Shown here: one piece after another, positions 1 to 12,912 of the stretch
How the letters are laid out: every line of letters begins with the position of its first letter
Numbering within the stretch: position 1 is the stretch's first letter
NCBI GenBank assembly: GCA_951406725.2
Contig: OX597822.1
Location: forward strand, 95,232,001 to 95,296,000
Length of the DNA stretch: 64,000 bases
Source of the DNA: Octopus vulgaris
Taxonomy: Eukaryota
Direction of reading: 5' to 3'
Notes under the pieces: generated by a model
Told to the model about the DNA's origin: nothing
The model's database searches: none
The model's input: only the letters and a program-made list of their open reading frames with translations
Made by a program: the position numbers and the translations under genes

Positions 1-34
<34 letters not shown>

Positions 35-75
35 GAACATACACATAAACATGCATTTTCATAGCATACTTATAT

Positions 76-522
76 ATTCTTTTTATTCTTTTATTCTTTT
101 ACTTGTTTCAGTCATTTGACTGCGGCCATACTGGAGCACCGCCTTTAGTCGAGCAAATCGACACCGGGACTTATTCTTTGTAAGCCCAGTACTTATTCTA
201 TCGGTTTCTTTTGCCGAACCGCTAAGTGACGGGGACGTAAACACACCAGCATCGGTTGTCAAGCAATGCTAGGGGGACAAACACAGACATACAAATACAC
301 ACACACGCACACACACACAGACACACACACATACACACACACACAGATATATATATACATATATACGACAGGCTTCTTTCAGTTTCCGTCTACCAAATCC
401 ACTCACAAAGCATTGGTCGGCTCGGGGCTATAGCAGAAGACACTTGCCCAAGATGCCACGCAGTGGGACTGAACCCGGAACCATGTGGTTAGTTAGCAAG
501 CTACTTACCACACAGCCACTCC

Positions 523-525
<3 letters not shown>
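76..525 (-). mobile_element. SINE family A (tRNA-derived head, internal TA/CA microsatellite)
   Basis: Reverse complement reads GCAGGAGTGGCTGTGTGGTAAGTAGCTTGC...GGTTCAGTCCC (A/B-box-like) and ends ACTGAAACAAGTAAAAGA. Near-identical copies lie at 929, 1468, 16887, 23728 and 38741. Confidence 0.9.
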
Positions 526-587
<62 letters not shown>

Positions 588-642
588 CAAAAAATGGTGG
601 GGTTGTGTTGACCGCAAGGAAAAATTATAAAAAGGCAGAATG

Positions 643-696
<54 letters not shown>

Positions 697-928
697 GTGT
701 GTATGCGTGTGTGTATTGAAATCCGAGTTAGTACTTGGAGATTCCTTTTCTTCATTCTTTGGTAACTGATTATATGATGTTCAAAGTATGTTTATGTACA
801 AAGTTTGGGTTTGTTCAGAGCTATAGAAAACAACTTCGTGGCAATTTATCGGTTGCATGAAATGGTATATATTAGACAGGAAAAATAAAAAGACGTATAA
901 AAATTATATAGGAATAAAAAAAATATAT

Positions 929-1348
929 GCAGGAGTGGCTGTGTGGTAAGTAGCTTGCTAACCAACCACATGGTTCCGGGTTCAGTCCCACTGCGTGGCA
1001 TCTTGGGCAAGTGTCTTCTGCTATAGCCCCGGGCCGACCAATGCCTTGTGAGTGGATTTGGTAGACGGAAACTGAAAGAAGCCTGTCGTATATATGTATA
1101 TATATATGTATATATATATATATATATGTGTTTGTGTGTCTGTGTTTGTCCCGCCAGCATTGCTTGACAACCGATGCTGGTGTGTTTACGTCCCCGTCAC
1201 TTAGCGGTTCGGCAAAAGCGACCGATAGAATAAGTACTGGGTTTACAAAGAATAAGTCCTGGGGTCGATTTGCTCGACTGAAGGCGGTGCTCCAGCATGG
1301 CCGCAGTCAAATGACTGAAACAAGTAAAAGAGTAAAAGAGTAAAGAGT
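929..1348 (+). mobile_element. SINE family A
   Basis: Full copy from the head GCAGGAGTGGCTGTGTGG to the (GTAAAAGA)n tail. Confidence 0.9.
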
Positions 1349-1467
1349 ATATGTAAATCCTACCTGATGAACTTACAAATATACAGAAATGTATGAAAAT
1401 TAATACACGGAATTGGTGTTCTGTAATTTTGATTCTATTCTTTTGTTGTAGTAAGATAAATGTTTAT

Positions 1468-1890
1468 TACTCTTACTCTTTTACTCTTTTACTTGTTTCA
1501 GTCATTTGACTGCGGCCATGCTGGAGCACCGCCTTTAATCGAGCAACTCGACCCCCCCGGGACTTATTCTTTTGTAAGCCCAGTACTTATTCTATCGGTC
1601 TCCTTTGCCGAACCGCTAAGTGACGGGGACATAAACACACCAGCATCGGTTGTCAAGCAATGCTAGGGGGACAAACACACTCACACAAACACACACACGC
1701 ATATATATATATATATATACATATATACGACGGGCTTCTTTCAGTTTCCGTCTACCAAATCCACTCACAAGGCTTTGGTCGGCCCAAGGCTATAGTAGAA
1801 GACACTTGCCCAAGGTGCCACGCAGTGGGACTGAACCCGGAACCATGTGGCTGGTAAACAAGCTACTTACCACACAGCCACTCCTGCGCC
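1468..1890 (-). mobile_element. SINE family A
   Basis: Full copy, inverted relative to 929-1348. Confidence 0.9.
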
Positions 1891-2582
1891 TGTTTGGAAA
1901 ACATACATAGAATTTAAGTTAAAATATTTTTTGTTTAGATGCGAATGTCCGCGTGTGAGTATGCATGTGTGTTTGTGTGTGTGTGTAAGTGTGTGTGTGT
2001 GTGTGCGTGTGTGTGCGTGTGCGTGTGTGTAATAACAGAATAAAATTAAAGCAGTATCCTATACATATGGTATATTTGCTCAGATATTCACTCAGTGACT
2101 GTAATGAGCTTGGAGACCACCTGGTCCCAGATAAATACAATAGTATCAGCGGTAGGCAGTGATGAGGAATATGTGAGCTTTAGGCTAGTCAAAATGTGTT
2201 TGTGACATATTTTAACTTCTAAAGACAAATTCACTGCAATTACCATGGAGAAATATCAGACACTGACGTGGATTGTTCTAAGATTTAGTGGGGATCATAT
2301 AAACAAAATACTAAATTGGGTCCACAGAAGTATATTAAGGGTCTATGAAAAATTTTGCCTTAGATGTATTGATTGCAAGAAATAGCTAATTTTCTTTCTC
2401 TCACGTTTTACATAGATGAGCTTAAACAAGCGAACACGTGATAAACACAATAGGAATTTTAAAAGGCGTATATATAAAACTAGTCTTTAAACATCGAATG
2501 TCTATGCAGGTTCCTTCAGAATAAAATAGTAATCAAAGGTGTTCATAGATAAAAAGTCGTTGCGAAACACTGGTTTAAACTT

Positions 2583-3136
2583 ACGCCATGATAGATCGTT
2601 AGCTACTACACTCATTTTTTTCTCCTTGTTTTTTTTTTCTGTGTCCCTTTCTGTAGAAGAGCGTAGGCTCGAAACATGAAAGACTTGTGTTTGTGAGTTA
2701 AGTTGTAGAGGTTTATAAAAAATTAATATGGTATGAAGGAGGGGAACGAAGAAAATAATTAAAAAGCGAAAATGAAAAAAGTAATAAAAATCAAGAAAGA
2801 AAATAAAGCGGGATAGTTGTAGATTTTGTGGAATAATGGTTGGAGTTTCTCAGATTAACTTTGTGGAATCATTCAGACACGATTTTATGTATGTAGGTAT
2901 TCATGTATGTATGTACTTATGTACTTGTGTCTGTATGCATGCGTATATGACGCCATGATAGATCGTTAGCTACTACACACATTTTTTTCTCTCCTTGTTT
3001 TTCTCCTTGTTTTTTTCTGTGTCCCTTTCTGTAGAAACGTAAAAGACTTTTTCTATTCCTGAGCGCTATACTAATACATCTGTTTGTTTGTACACCACCT
3101 GCCTTCGTCTTTTGTTTATTTTCGTAAAATTTCCCT

Positions 3137-3137
<1 letters not shown>
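2583..3137 (+). mobile_element. PLE-like pLTR direct repeat pair with decayed minimal hammerheads
   Basis: ACGCCATGATAGATCGTTAGCTACTACAC occurs at 2583 and 2950. The first copy has CTGTAGA-A-GAGC-GTAG-GCTC-GAAACATG; the second has stem II deleted. Ends in (TA)n. Confidence 0.6.
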
Positions 3138-3174
<37 letters not shown>

Positions 3175-3270
3175 TGCACGTATGTACAACTATCTATTTA
3201 TTTGCATGTGTGTATGTATCTGAGGTATAAAGAAACACATAAATAAATAAATACATACACACATACAAAC

Positions 3271-3303
<33 letters not shown>

Positions 3304-3352
3304 TATACATACATACACACACACACACATATATATATATACATACATATGT

Positions 3353-3411
<59 letters not shown>

Positions 3412-3495
3412 CACATACATACATATATATATATGTATATATATGTATATATATATATGTATATATATACATATCTCCCTGTTTATTTCTGTGTT

Positions 3496-3533
3496 TCTTT
3501 CTGTCGAAGAGCGTAAGCTCGAAACGTAAAAGA
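3496..3533 (+). ncRNA. Minimal type-I hammerhead-like motif, A6U core variant
   Basis: TCTTT-CTGTCGA-A-GAGC-GTAA-GCTC-GAAAC-GT-A-AAAGA: stem I TCTTT/AAAGA, stem II with GNRA loop, palindromic ACGT stem III, GUA cleavage triplet. Confidence 0.65.
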
Positions 3534-4034
3534 TTCTCACTTTCTGAGCGTTAAACTAATACATCTGTTTGTTGTTTATACACCCACGTCTTCGTCTTTT
3601 GTTTTTCTTTTTGTAAATTCTCACACTACATATTTATATATATATATGATATATTATATGCTATGATATTTGAATATATATGACTGCAGGGAGAAAGAGA
3701 GAGAAAGCTAGAGAGAGAGAGGGAGAGAGAGAAAGAAGAAAATATGAAACATGGAAAATAAGCAGAAATAAATCACTTTTGACAGGCACAATGCTAGCAT
3801 TAAAGGAGATAAGAATAGAAAGAAAAGAAGGGAAACGAAATGAGAATTGAATGATTTTTGAGAAGTAATTTGTTGAAAACCAGAAATGAGAATCGTGAGT
3901 GCTTTATGGCGCCGATGATTAATAGAAACAAGGCGCTAAATGTTTACCGTTGTGGCGGAAATCATTTAGGAAACGCTCTCCCCAACAGACGGTCGAGCGA
4001 ATCTCTGTAAGTAGCTCCACAGAAACTTTCTCTC

Positions 4035-4040
4035 TAATTT

Positions 4041-4080
<40 letters not shown>

Positions 4081-4136
4081 TTTTTCTCTCTAATTTTCTT
4101 TCTTTCTTTCTTTCTTTCTTTCTTTCAGTCTTTCCT

Positions 4137-4168
<32 letters not shown>

Positions 4169-4244
4169 TCAGTCTTTCAGTCTTTCTTTCAGTCTTTCTT
4201 TCAGTCTTTCTTTCTTTCTTTCTTTCTTTCTTTCAGTCTTTCAG

Positions 4245-4312
<68 letters not shown>

Positions 4313-4352
4313 TATTCCTTTCTTTCTTTCTTTCAGTCTTTCTTTCTTCCTG

Positions 4353-4384
<32 letters not shown>

Positions 4385-4550
4385 TCAGTCTTTCTTTCTT
4401 TGTTTCTTTCTGTCTTTGTTTCTTTCTTTCTTTCTTTCTTTCTTCCTTTCTTTGTTTCTTTCTTTGTTTCTTTCTGTCTTTGTTTCTTTCTTTCTTTCTG
4501 TCTTTCTTTCTTTCTTTCTTTCTCTCTAATTTTCTTTCTTTCTTTCTTTC
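4035..4550. repeat. (TTTC)n polypyrimidine microsatellite
   Basis: Direct inspection. Confidence 0.95.
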
Positions 4551-4914
4551 TCCACTACTAATTCAAACTAAAGGTGACATTTCATTACTCACTCCCTTCC
4601 CACTTCGCATTCAATAATATATATATTTAGCTTTGGTTTTTGAAAAAGTTTAATGAAAGATTATATCACTTTCGGTGATGAAAGCCAATAACAAAGAGAC
4701 AGATCTGGCTGGCAAAATGCACTTACTCTATAATTGTTCATTTGTAGTTAAGCAGTAGATAATAAATTAGTGACGTTGTAAGCAGTAAACTCTTTCGCAA
4801 ACAGAACGTCATGTTAGTCTTTGATTAAATGATTGATTTTCTTATTTCGTCTTGCAGACTAAAGTAATATTAATACAATTTCGAGTAAGGATTAATTTCA
4901 TTATTATTATTATT

Positions 4915-6155
4915 AAGGTGGTGCACTGGAAGAATCGTTAGCTCACAATACTTTTGTCCATCTTTACGTTCTGAATTCAAAACCCACCAAGGTGGGCTTT
5001 GTCTTTCATCCTTTCAGTGTCGATACAACAAGTACCAATTAATTGAACATTAGGATCGATGAAATTGACTTAACCATCTTCTTCGGAATTGCTGGACTTG
5101 TGCCAAAATGTGAAACCATTATTAAGTCGGTGAGCTGGCAGAATCTTTTGCACGCCGGGAAAAATGCTTAGTGACATTTCGTCCGTCTTCACGTTCCGAC
5201 TTCAAATTCCGTCGAAGTCGACTTTGCCTTTCATTCTTTCGGGTCGATAAAACAAATACCAGTTGAGTTCTGGGGTCGATGCAAAAGACTTACCCCCTCA
5301 CTGAAATTGCTGGCCTTATGCCAATATTTGAAACCGTCAGCGGAATTTCATCCGTCTCTATGTTCTGAGTTCAAATTCCACCGAGGTCAACTTTGCCTTT
5401 CATTCTTTCGGTATCGTTAAAATAAGTACCAGGCGAGTACTGGAGTAGATGTGATCGACCGTTCCCCTCCCACTAAATTTCAGGCCTTGTGCCTATAATA
5501 GAAACGATAATTATCATTATCATTATTATTTTGTTCTTGTTTTTGTAGTAGACGTTGTGGGGTGGCGAGCTACCAGAGTCATTATAGAGTCGAACAAAAG
5601 GCCATGAAGCCATTCTTCTGGCTCTTAACATTCTGGATTTAAACCCCGCCAAGGCCAACCGTGCCTTTCATCCCTCAAACGTTGCTAAAGTATCAGTGAA
5701 GTGTTGGATTGATGGTATCGACTTGACTCCCTCCCCTCAACACTACTAACCTTGTACCTAAATTATCATCATCATCGTCATGGAATTGGATTGGCAGAGT
5801 CGTTAGATTATCGGACAAAATGCTTTGTGGTATTTCTTCCATTTTTCTACATTCTTAGTTCAAATAACACTGAGGTCAACTTTGCTTTTCATTCCTCAAA
5901 GATCATCAAAGCAAAGTACCAGTCAAATACTGGTGTTAGTGGTCAGAAATGATAATCATTATTAATGGCAGAGGGGTGTATTGGTAAAATTGTTATTGTC
6001 GGACAAAATACCCATCACTGTTTATTCCGGCTCTTTACATTCTGAGTTACTTACTTACCTTTTAAACCGCTATATAAATTAGAAGCACTTGTTATTGTTG
6101 TCACTATTATTATCATATGAGCTGGCAGAATTGTTAGCACGCCGGGCAAGATGCA
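4915..6155 (+). mobile_element. Cluster of about 7 co-oriented diverged SINE family B copies or fragments
   Basis: Repeated GGCGAGCTGGCAGAATCGTTAG...TTCTGAGTTCAAATTCC...GACTTTGCCTTTCATCCTTTCGGGGTCGAT variants, separated by ATT-rich linkers. Confidence 0.85.
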
Positions 6156-7654
6156 TCTCCAGTTCATCCAGTGTTGTCTTGAAGTTGACATCTTTGAATA
6201 CTTCTCTAATTTGAGGTCCGACAAAGATACCTTCTTTCAACTTCACCTGTGTGCTTTTGGGAGACTTTTATACTTTTCTAAAATATAATCAAACCCTCTG
6301 GCATTTCTATTTCCTAGTGTCTTTACAAACTGTTTCATCAATCCAAGCTTTATGTGCAAAGAAGGCAATAGGACATTACATGGATCTACAAGAGGTATAT
6401 TATTGACGCTAGACAGTCCTGGCTGGTATGATGTTCTTGTCTGCCAGTTTTATTCCGAATAATGTCTGTCAGTTGCCCGACTATTTTCATAGACACAAGA
6501 AGCAACAGTGTCTTGTGAAATCTGACTGCATTCCCATTAACATTCCAATGAATTTTGAATCTCCACATATTTTCCATGAGTATCTTTCAGAGGCAATGGC
6601 ATATGCTCATATGATTCATGAAGATGACCGATGTGTGCAATTGGAATGGAGGGATTCAAATTACCATTATGGAGAAGTACAGCTTTAAAGCTTCATTTTG
6701 AAGAGTCAATAAACAAATACCACTCTACAGGATCATGATTTTGTGATAAACATCCGAAAAGTCCATCGATGTTACTACAAAAGCAAAGTGGGCCTTCAAC
6801 ATAAAAATACGTTTGTAGAACCACATTTCTCTGCTGAAAATAAGTTATACGAACACCGCGCTCGGGCAGATACTTCTCTTTCAATCTTGATGTCAACAGA
6901 TCTGCTTTATCTTTTGAGAGGGATAGGTCACTCAGTTCAGCTTGGAAAAATTCTGAGGTTCAAAGCTATCTCATCAGCCACATAATATTCCTTAGTAGCA
7001 CTATCATGACAGTCAGCATATTGAATCAGCCACGTAAGCCATTTGAGCAAGCTGAGCAGGTAAAATGTGGTGTCCATAACTTGTCCTGATCTCCAAGAAT
7101 ACAGTCAAAGTATAGCTTATAAATCCTCTCGATCTCTGGTGTTATTGTACACTTTCGAGCTTTCACAATAAATTGTCCACAGACATGAAAAAACACATCA
7201 GGACGATTTCTACACTGTCTTGACATTGTTCATTCTGTAAAACAAGTAAGGAAAAAAGATACAAACGGTTATACTTATACTGAATTTGAGATGAAACATT
7301 TCATCAGACCAATAATGATTGGGCAATTTGAGATGTTGAAATACCTATTTCATCAGACAAAACTTGATTGGTTAATTTAAGATGATGAAATATTGAATCT
7401 GAACGATGCAGCAACGAATAATGTAGTTTATTTTAAAGGTGTGTTTCGATGATGAAAATGAAATACATGTATACACGTCATTAATTGAATTTCTATATAA
7501 TGCATGAGATAAAACTAAAAAAATAAAAACACATTCTCATCTTGAAAACTGTACGTGGTGTCAAAAAAACTAATTGTTTATTTGAAATCAGCATTAAAAA
7601 CTACACTAAGTACACCTTGACATATGCTTGATGAAAAATACTTGTTGATCAGTG
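6156..7654 (-). mobile_element. Chapaev3-like (CMC) DNA transposon, 3'-truncated, disrupted transposase
   Basis: Minus-strand peptides MSRQCRNRPD..VCG..LGDQDKLWTPHFTCSAC, SRLKE, EWYLFIDSSK*SFKAVLLHNGN, LPSLHIKLGLMKQFVKTL and KLKEGIFVGPQIR. 5' terminus CACTGATCAACAA at 7654. Superfamily assignment is from recalled motifs. Confidence 0.8.
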
Positions 7655-7957
7655 TTATTATATCCGGACGGGCTGTCTTGATCTCTTTGTTTGTCTGGAC
7701 AGGCATGTCTTAAGTTTTTGTGGTCATATTGCCAAACAATGATCCTCGCCTATTATTTACACCAGTGCATATCTGTTTTCAAATTGAATGATCAACATTT
7801 TACTCAGTGATCATTGCTGCCAACTTGACTGATTGCCTGGATGGATATACTCGGACATAGCAGAGAGTGGGCAGCCAGAAATGTTGTGGTCAACCGTATC
7901 AATGCATTGGTTGTAGAGCCGTGTTAGTTTTATTTCATTATCATAGTTTGAAATAAG

Positions 7958-8550
7958 GAGGCAAGCCGGTAGAATCATTAGCACACCGGGTGAAATGCTT
8001 AGCGGCATTTCATCCGTCATCACGTTCTGAGTTCAAATTCCGCCGAGGTCGACTTTGCCTTTCATCCTTTCGGGGTCGATTAAATAAGTACCAGTTACGC
8101 ACTAGGGTCGATATAATCGACTTAATCCGTTTGTCTGTCCTTGTTTGTCCTCTCTGTGTTTAGCCCCTTGTGGGTAGTAAAGAAATAGGTATTTCGTCTG
8201 CCGCTACGTTCTGAGTTCAAATTCTACTGAGGTCGACTTTGCCTTTCATCTTTTCGGGGTCGATAAATTAAGTACCAGTTACGCACTGGGGTCGATGTAA
8301 TCGACTTAATCCGTTTGTCTGTCCTTGTTTGTCCCCTCTATGTTTAGCCCCTTGTGGGTAATAAAGAAATAGGTAGTAAAGAAACAAGTATTTCGTCCGT
8401 CATCACGTTCTGTGTTGAAAATCTGTCGAGGTCGAGTTTGCTTTTCATCTTTAAGGATCGATGAAATAAGTACCAGTTGAATACTTGGGTCAATATTATC
8501 GACTTTCCCGACTGCCCCCAAATTGCTAACCTTATTCCAAAATTTGAACT
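7958..8550 (+). mobile_element. SINE family B with tandemly repeated body
   Basis: One head followed by two ~185-bp body units ending AAAGAAATAG, then an older body fragment. Confidence 0.88.
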
Positions 8551-9240
8551 CATTATATTTTGTAATTTTGTAATTATTTGTGACGGGTTATTTGTTCAGT
8601 GGAGTTAAAATCAGACCTGTTTAGCTCACATCTTCTGAGTTGTCCTTGCCTTTCCACTTACGGTTTTTCAAATTTTGCGGAATATTGATCTTCTCGTGGT
8701 TTTCTTCTTATTTTTTCTTTTTTGTTATAAAGAATTCTATTTTAATTTTCCCTTCTTTTAAACATTTTTTGTTGTTTTATTCTTATCAGATTTAGTTTCC
8801 AGTTTGTACTTTATTATTTCCTGTTATATAAAAGGGAATATGAGCAAATAACTTTTCTCAATTGAGAGAAAATTGTTTTTGATTTCTTGAAATACCTTTA
8901 TGAACGAAAGTAGCTTTTCTTTGCATATTTCTAAGTATCTTTTAGGTCTATTGTTGTTACTTCTCATTAACTCCCAATTTACCTCAAGCTCTATCGCCTT
9001 TGTGTACTGGAGAATTATATTCTATCTTTATTTCAATTTTGGGATAGTGTCTAAGATTTTCCATTCACTCAACTTCAAACATATGTTAAATGTATAGCTT
9101 ATGACTCGGGTGACAAATGTATCTATATCAATAAAATACGTACCCATAAAGTACCGGACTCGATGCAATCGACTTACCGCCACCCTTTGAAACTGCTGGC
9201 ACTGTGTCAAAATTTGAAACCAATATTAGCTTCACTCTTA

Positions 9241-9452
9241 AGGAAGCGAGCTAGCTGAATCGTTAGCATGCCGAACAAAATGCTCAGTGGCATTTCGTCC
9301 GTCTTTACGTTCTGAGTTCAAAATCTGCTGAAGTCGACTTTACCTTTCATCCTTCCGGGGTCGATAAAGTAAGTGCCAGTTGAGCATTGGTTTCGATGTA
9401 ATCGACTAAACCATTTCGAAATTTCCGGCCTTGTGCTAAAATTTGAAGACAA
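9241..9452 (+). mobile_element. SINE family B (older)
   Basis: Head and core motif are recognisable. Confidence 0.8.
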
Positions 9453-9650
9453 TATTAGTCTCACTCTTTCATAGCACCCCTGTCTAGATTTCTCTTTATT
9501 TCTGTGTGACGTACCTGACCAATCTTATCTACTCCCCCTATGAACCTATCGCTGGTTCTGGGGTAATTCTTTAATTTTGGTGTTTAACTTAATTTTCCAA
9601 GTTTTAGTAAATTGCTATACTTCTTTGTTAATTACTATACTTCTTATAGT

Positions 9651-10037
9651 GTGGAGGCGCAATGGCCCAGTGGTTAGGGCAGCGGACTCGCGGTCATAGG
9701 ATCGCGGTTTCGATTCCCAGACCGGGCGTTGTGAGTGTTTATTGAGCGAAAACACCTAAAGCTCCACGAGGCTCCGGCAGGGATGGTGGTGGTCCCTGCT
9801 GTACTCTTTCACCACAACTTTCTCTCACTCTTACTTCCTGTTTCTGTTGTACCTGTATTTCAAAGGGCCGGCCTTGTCACTCTCTGTGTCACGCTGAATA
9901 TCCCCGAGAACTACGTTAAGGGTACACGTGTCTGTGGAGTGCTCAGCCACTTACACGTTAATTTCACGAGCAGGCTGTTCCGTTGATTCGGATCAACCGG
10001 AACCCTCGTCGTCGTAACCGACGGAGTGCTTCCGTCC
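9651..10037 (+). mobile_element. SINE family C (tRNA-Arg-like head) with 17-bp TSD
   Basis: Head GGAGGCGCAATGGCCCAGTGGTTAGGGCAGCGGACTCGCGG...GGTTTCGATTCCC. TSD ACTATACTTCT(T/A)ATAGT at 9634-9650 and 10038-10054. Confidence 0.92.
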
Positions 10038-10495
10038 ACTATACTTCTAATAGTAGCTTTAGCACATATGTCTAGTTTCACAGTTTCATACACATTTTTG
10101 TACCTTGGCTGAATGCAAGAAATATTTTTAGAAGTTTCTGCAGCAGGCAATGTCTTTTGTAAATAGTTTTCATTCACTTAAACGTTTGTATAAAAAAACA
10201 CAGCATTTAGAATCAACAGTGGAGTCATTGATCGGATTTTTCAATGGGATAAAGCTAAGCGGAAGATGGGTTCAAGAGGCTTCTTCAAAGATTCCTCTTC
10301 GTATGAGAAGTGGTTGGTTTTAATTAATTTCAGTTAATTGGCTTTAATTGTTTAGAATTAATGTGTTTTTTTTCAGTAGCCGTTCGGATGTTGACTTTGA
10401 TCTGGTTACCATTTCATTGAATGCTGTTGCACAGGTTCGTGAATACTACTCATGTTAAAAATATTTATTATTGACGGATGCAGTATTAAAACCAA

Positions 10496-10878
10496 GAGGC
10501 GCAATGGCTCAGCGGTTAGGGCAGCGGACTCGCGGTCGTAGGATCGCGGTTTCGATTCCCAGACCGGGCGTTGTGAGTGTTTATTGAGCGAAAACACCTA
10601 AAAGCTCCACGACGCTCCGGCAGGGGATGGTGGTGATCCCTGCTGTACTCTTTCACCACAACCTTTCTCTCACTCTTACTTCCTGTTTCTGTTGTACCTG
10701 TATTTCAAAGGGCCGGCCTTGTCACTCTCTGTGTCACGCTGAATATCCCCGAGAACTACATTAAGGGTACACGTGTCTGTGGAGTGCTCAGCCACTTACA
10801 CGTTAATTTCACGAGCAGGCTGTTCCGTTGATTCGGATCAACCGGAACCCTCGTCGTCGTAACCAACGGAGTGCTTCC
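10496..10878 (+). mobile_element. SINE family C with 15-bp TSD
   Basis: Near-identical to 9651-10037. ATTAAAACCAAGAGG at 10485-10499 and 10879-10893, overlapping the head. Confidence 0.92.
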
Positions 10879-10895
10879 ATTAAAACCAAGAGGTA

Positions 10896-11107
10896 ATATT
10901 TATCCCCACATAACCGTTGGTGTTCCATTAGAACAAACTATATTGTGGTGGTCACTATGAGAGCAACCCTCATATTGGCCTTTAGTGCAAAATGCCCTCT
11001 TGATTATATCGCTAGCACCAAAAGCCAATATAAAAGTTTCTCTCAAAGTAACTACCGCAGTATAGTTTGTTCTAATAGAATATCCCCGTTAAAGCGGAGA
11101 TAAATAC
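10896..11107. mobile_element. Imperfect foldback / MITE-like palindrome
   Basis: TATTTATCCCC pairs with GGAGATAAATA; ATTAGAACAAACTAT pairs with ATAGTTTGTTCTAAT; ATATTGGC pairs with GCCAATAT. Confidence 0.75.
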
Positions 11108-11169
11108 TACTCATATTGTACTTCATCTAGAAATTGGAGGGCCCTCATCGATAAATTTTGATCATACAT

Positions 11170-11230
<61 letters not shown>

Positions 11231-11679
11231 AGCATGAGTGCGCACGCACGTGTAAACGTATGGTCAAGCTGTTTTAGAAATGACTCGCAGTTTCCAATGC
11301 TTGCAGTCTCTCATGCTTGCAGTCTCTCATGCTTGCAGTCTCTCATGCTTGCAGTCTCCCTTCTGCACATCGCCGATGTCTAAACAAGGTCAACGTCTTT
11401 GATTTGGGCCGATGTAGTGTCATCGCAGGCGTTTCTGTCACAACGCAAAGAACCGGAAGCGATGCCGCAAAGCATATCTCCCAACCCTTTAACCGTTCCA
11501 TCACCCCACCTCTTGTACCACTTAACCTATCTGCTCTACATATCTGTTTTTACATTGTATTAAGGATTAATTTTTGTTGAACCTAACAGACGTATTTTCT
11601 GCATTGCACCGGTCCCAAGGCTTAGCTCAATTTTTTCTAGATTAATTTTCTGGTTATTTTTGTCACTATTATCGAGCCT

Positions 11680-11910
11680 CCCATAGTAATCAAAGCTATC
11701 ATGACCTTGTTAACTTCTCTGTTTCAGTATTTGTGGATATCATATCTTAAGTCGGTATAATACTCTACTCTGTTATCAAATAGGTATGCCACGCCAATTA
11801 CAATTTAAAGTTCCTTCTTGTTGAGTGCTAAAATATTCGGTCTGTTCTTCTGATCTATTCTTCTTACGGTTTGTATAGAAAAGTCCCACAAAGCCTCACG
11901 TCATCGTTTT
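11680..11910 (-). pseudogene. Degenerate RLE-endonuclease fragment of an R4-like LINE
   Basis: Minus translation LWDFSIQTVRRIDQKNRPNILALNKKE*..VAYLFD resembles the LWDF.IQTD...RPDI motif. Confidence 0.6.
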
Positions 11911-12702
11911 CGAAGACTTGCATTTCTGTATCCACAAAAACGTTTACAGTTTTTTTCCTGTGCATGGAAAGCAAATCTCTTTCATATAAAATATCATTTG
12001 AGAATTACATCAAGAGTTTCCTTTATTACATCAAATGGAATTAATTTCATCTTGTGACACTCAGATATAAGTAGTTAAGATTAACAAAAATCTATATTAC
12101 AATACCCTAACAATGTCTACAGATCTTGCTATTGTCATTTTCTAGAACCTGTCTCTATCTACCCTTCTTGAACAGTCTTTACAGAAATGGTTGTACATCA
12201 TTCCAGTTTGTACCAATTACAAATAAGACGATAAAACTTATTCATTAAACGTCATAATGATTTTTATTCAATAGCGAAGACAGTGTAATTCTTTAGCTTT
12301 TCAGCTGGTTTCTGCACAATATTATAATCATTTAATATTACTATGGTGCATCATACCCATTTAATAATATCGATCATTAATATACTATTGTCATTTTTAT
12401 CATGGAAATGATGTCGGTTTTATTGTGTGCTATTTGATGGTTCCTGTATAAGCTAAAGTCCCATAGATTTGCGTTTTGGTTTTTTCTAAAAGTAGGATTG
12501 GTTCATATGGGTACTATACAACCGTTTCTCTATGCAGCAGGAGTAATTGTGTGATCAACCGTAAATATTGTGGCTTTGGTACGTTATTGTTTTCCTAAGT
12601 ATGTTAAGTGGGATACAATGAGGTGTATTGTATCAGGAATTAGTCTTGTTTTTCTGTGCTGTAGGATTTATAGATATTCATCTCACTATGTCACTATGTA
12701 TA

Positions 12703-12912
12703 AGGCCGCGAGCCGGCAGAATCGTTATCACGCCGAGTGAAATGCTTCGCAGCATCTTGTCCGTTTCCACGTTCTGAGTTTCAGTTCACCCTAGGCCGAC
12801 TATACCTTTCATTTTTCGGGTTCGATAAAATAAGTACAGTTGAATACTGGGGTCGATGTTGTCAACCTACCTCACCCCTAGAAATTGCTGGCCTCGTGCC
12901 AAAATTTGAAAC
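12703..12912 (+). mobile_element. SINE family B (older)
   Basis: Head and core similarity to the other B copies. Confidence 0.8.

Noticed and set aside
256-492. Recurring short ORFs such as LLSVSVYQIHSQ...[16 protein letters not shown]
   Set aside because: These are antisense translations of SINE family A, not a protein family.
1360-1400. CTGATGA...GAAA hammerhead candidate
   Set aside because: No convincing stem I or stem II.
2147-2575. Possible hAT MITE
   Set aside because: Only a weak terminal resemblance at about 2555-2573; no matching TIR or TSD found.
3880-4020. Possible exon or enhancer (unique sequence with GTAAGT)
   Set aside because: No acceptor, frame or conservation evidence is available from the sequence alone.
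9651-9730. tRNA gene
   Set aside because: The tRNA-like head continues into a multicopy SINE body flanked by a TSD.
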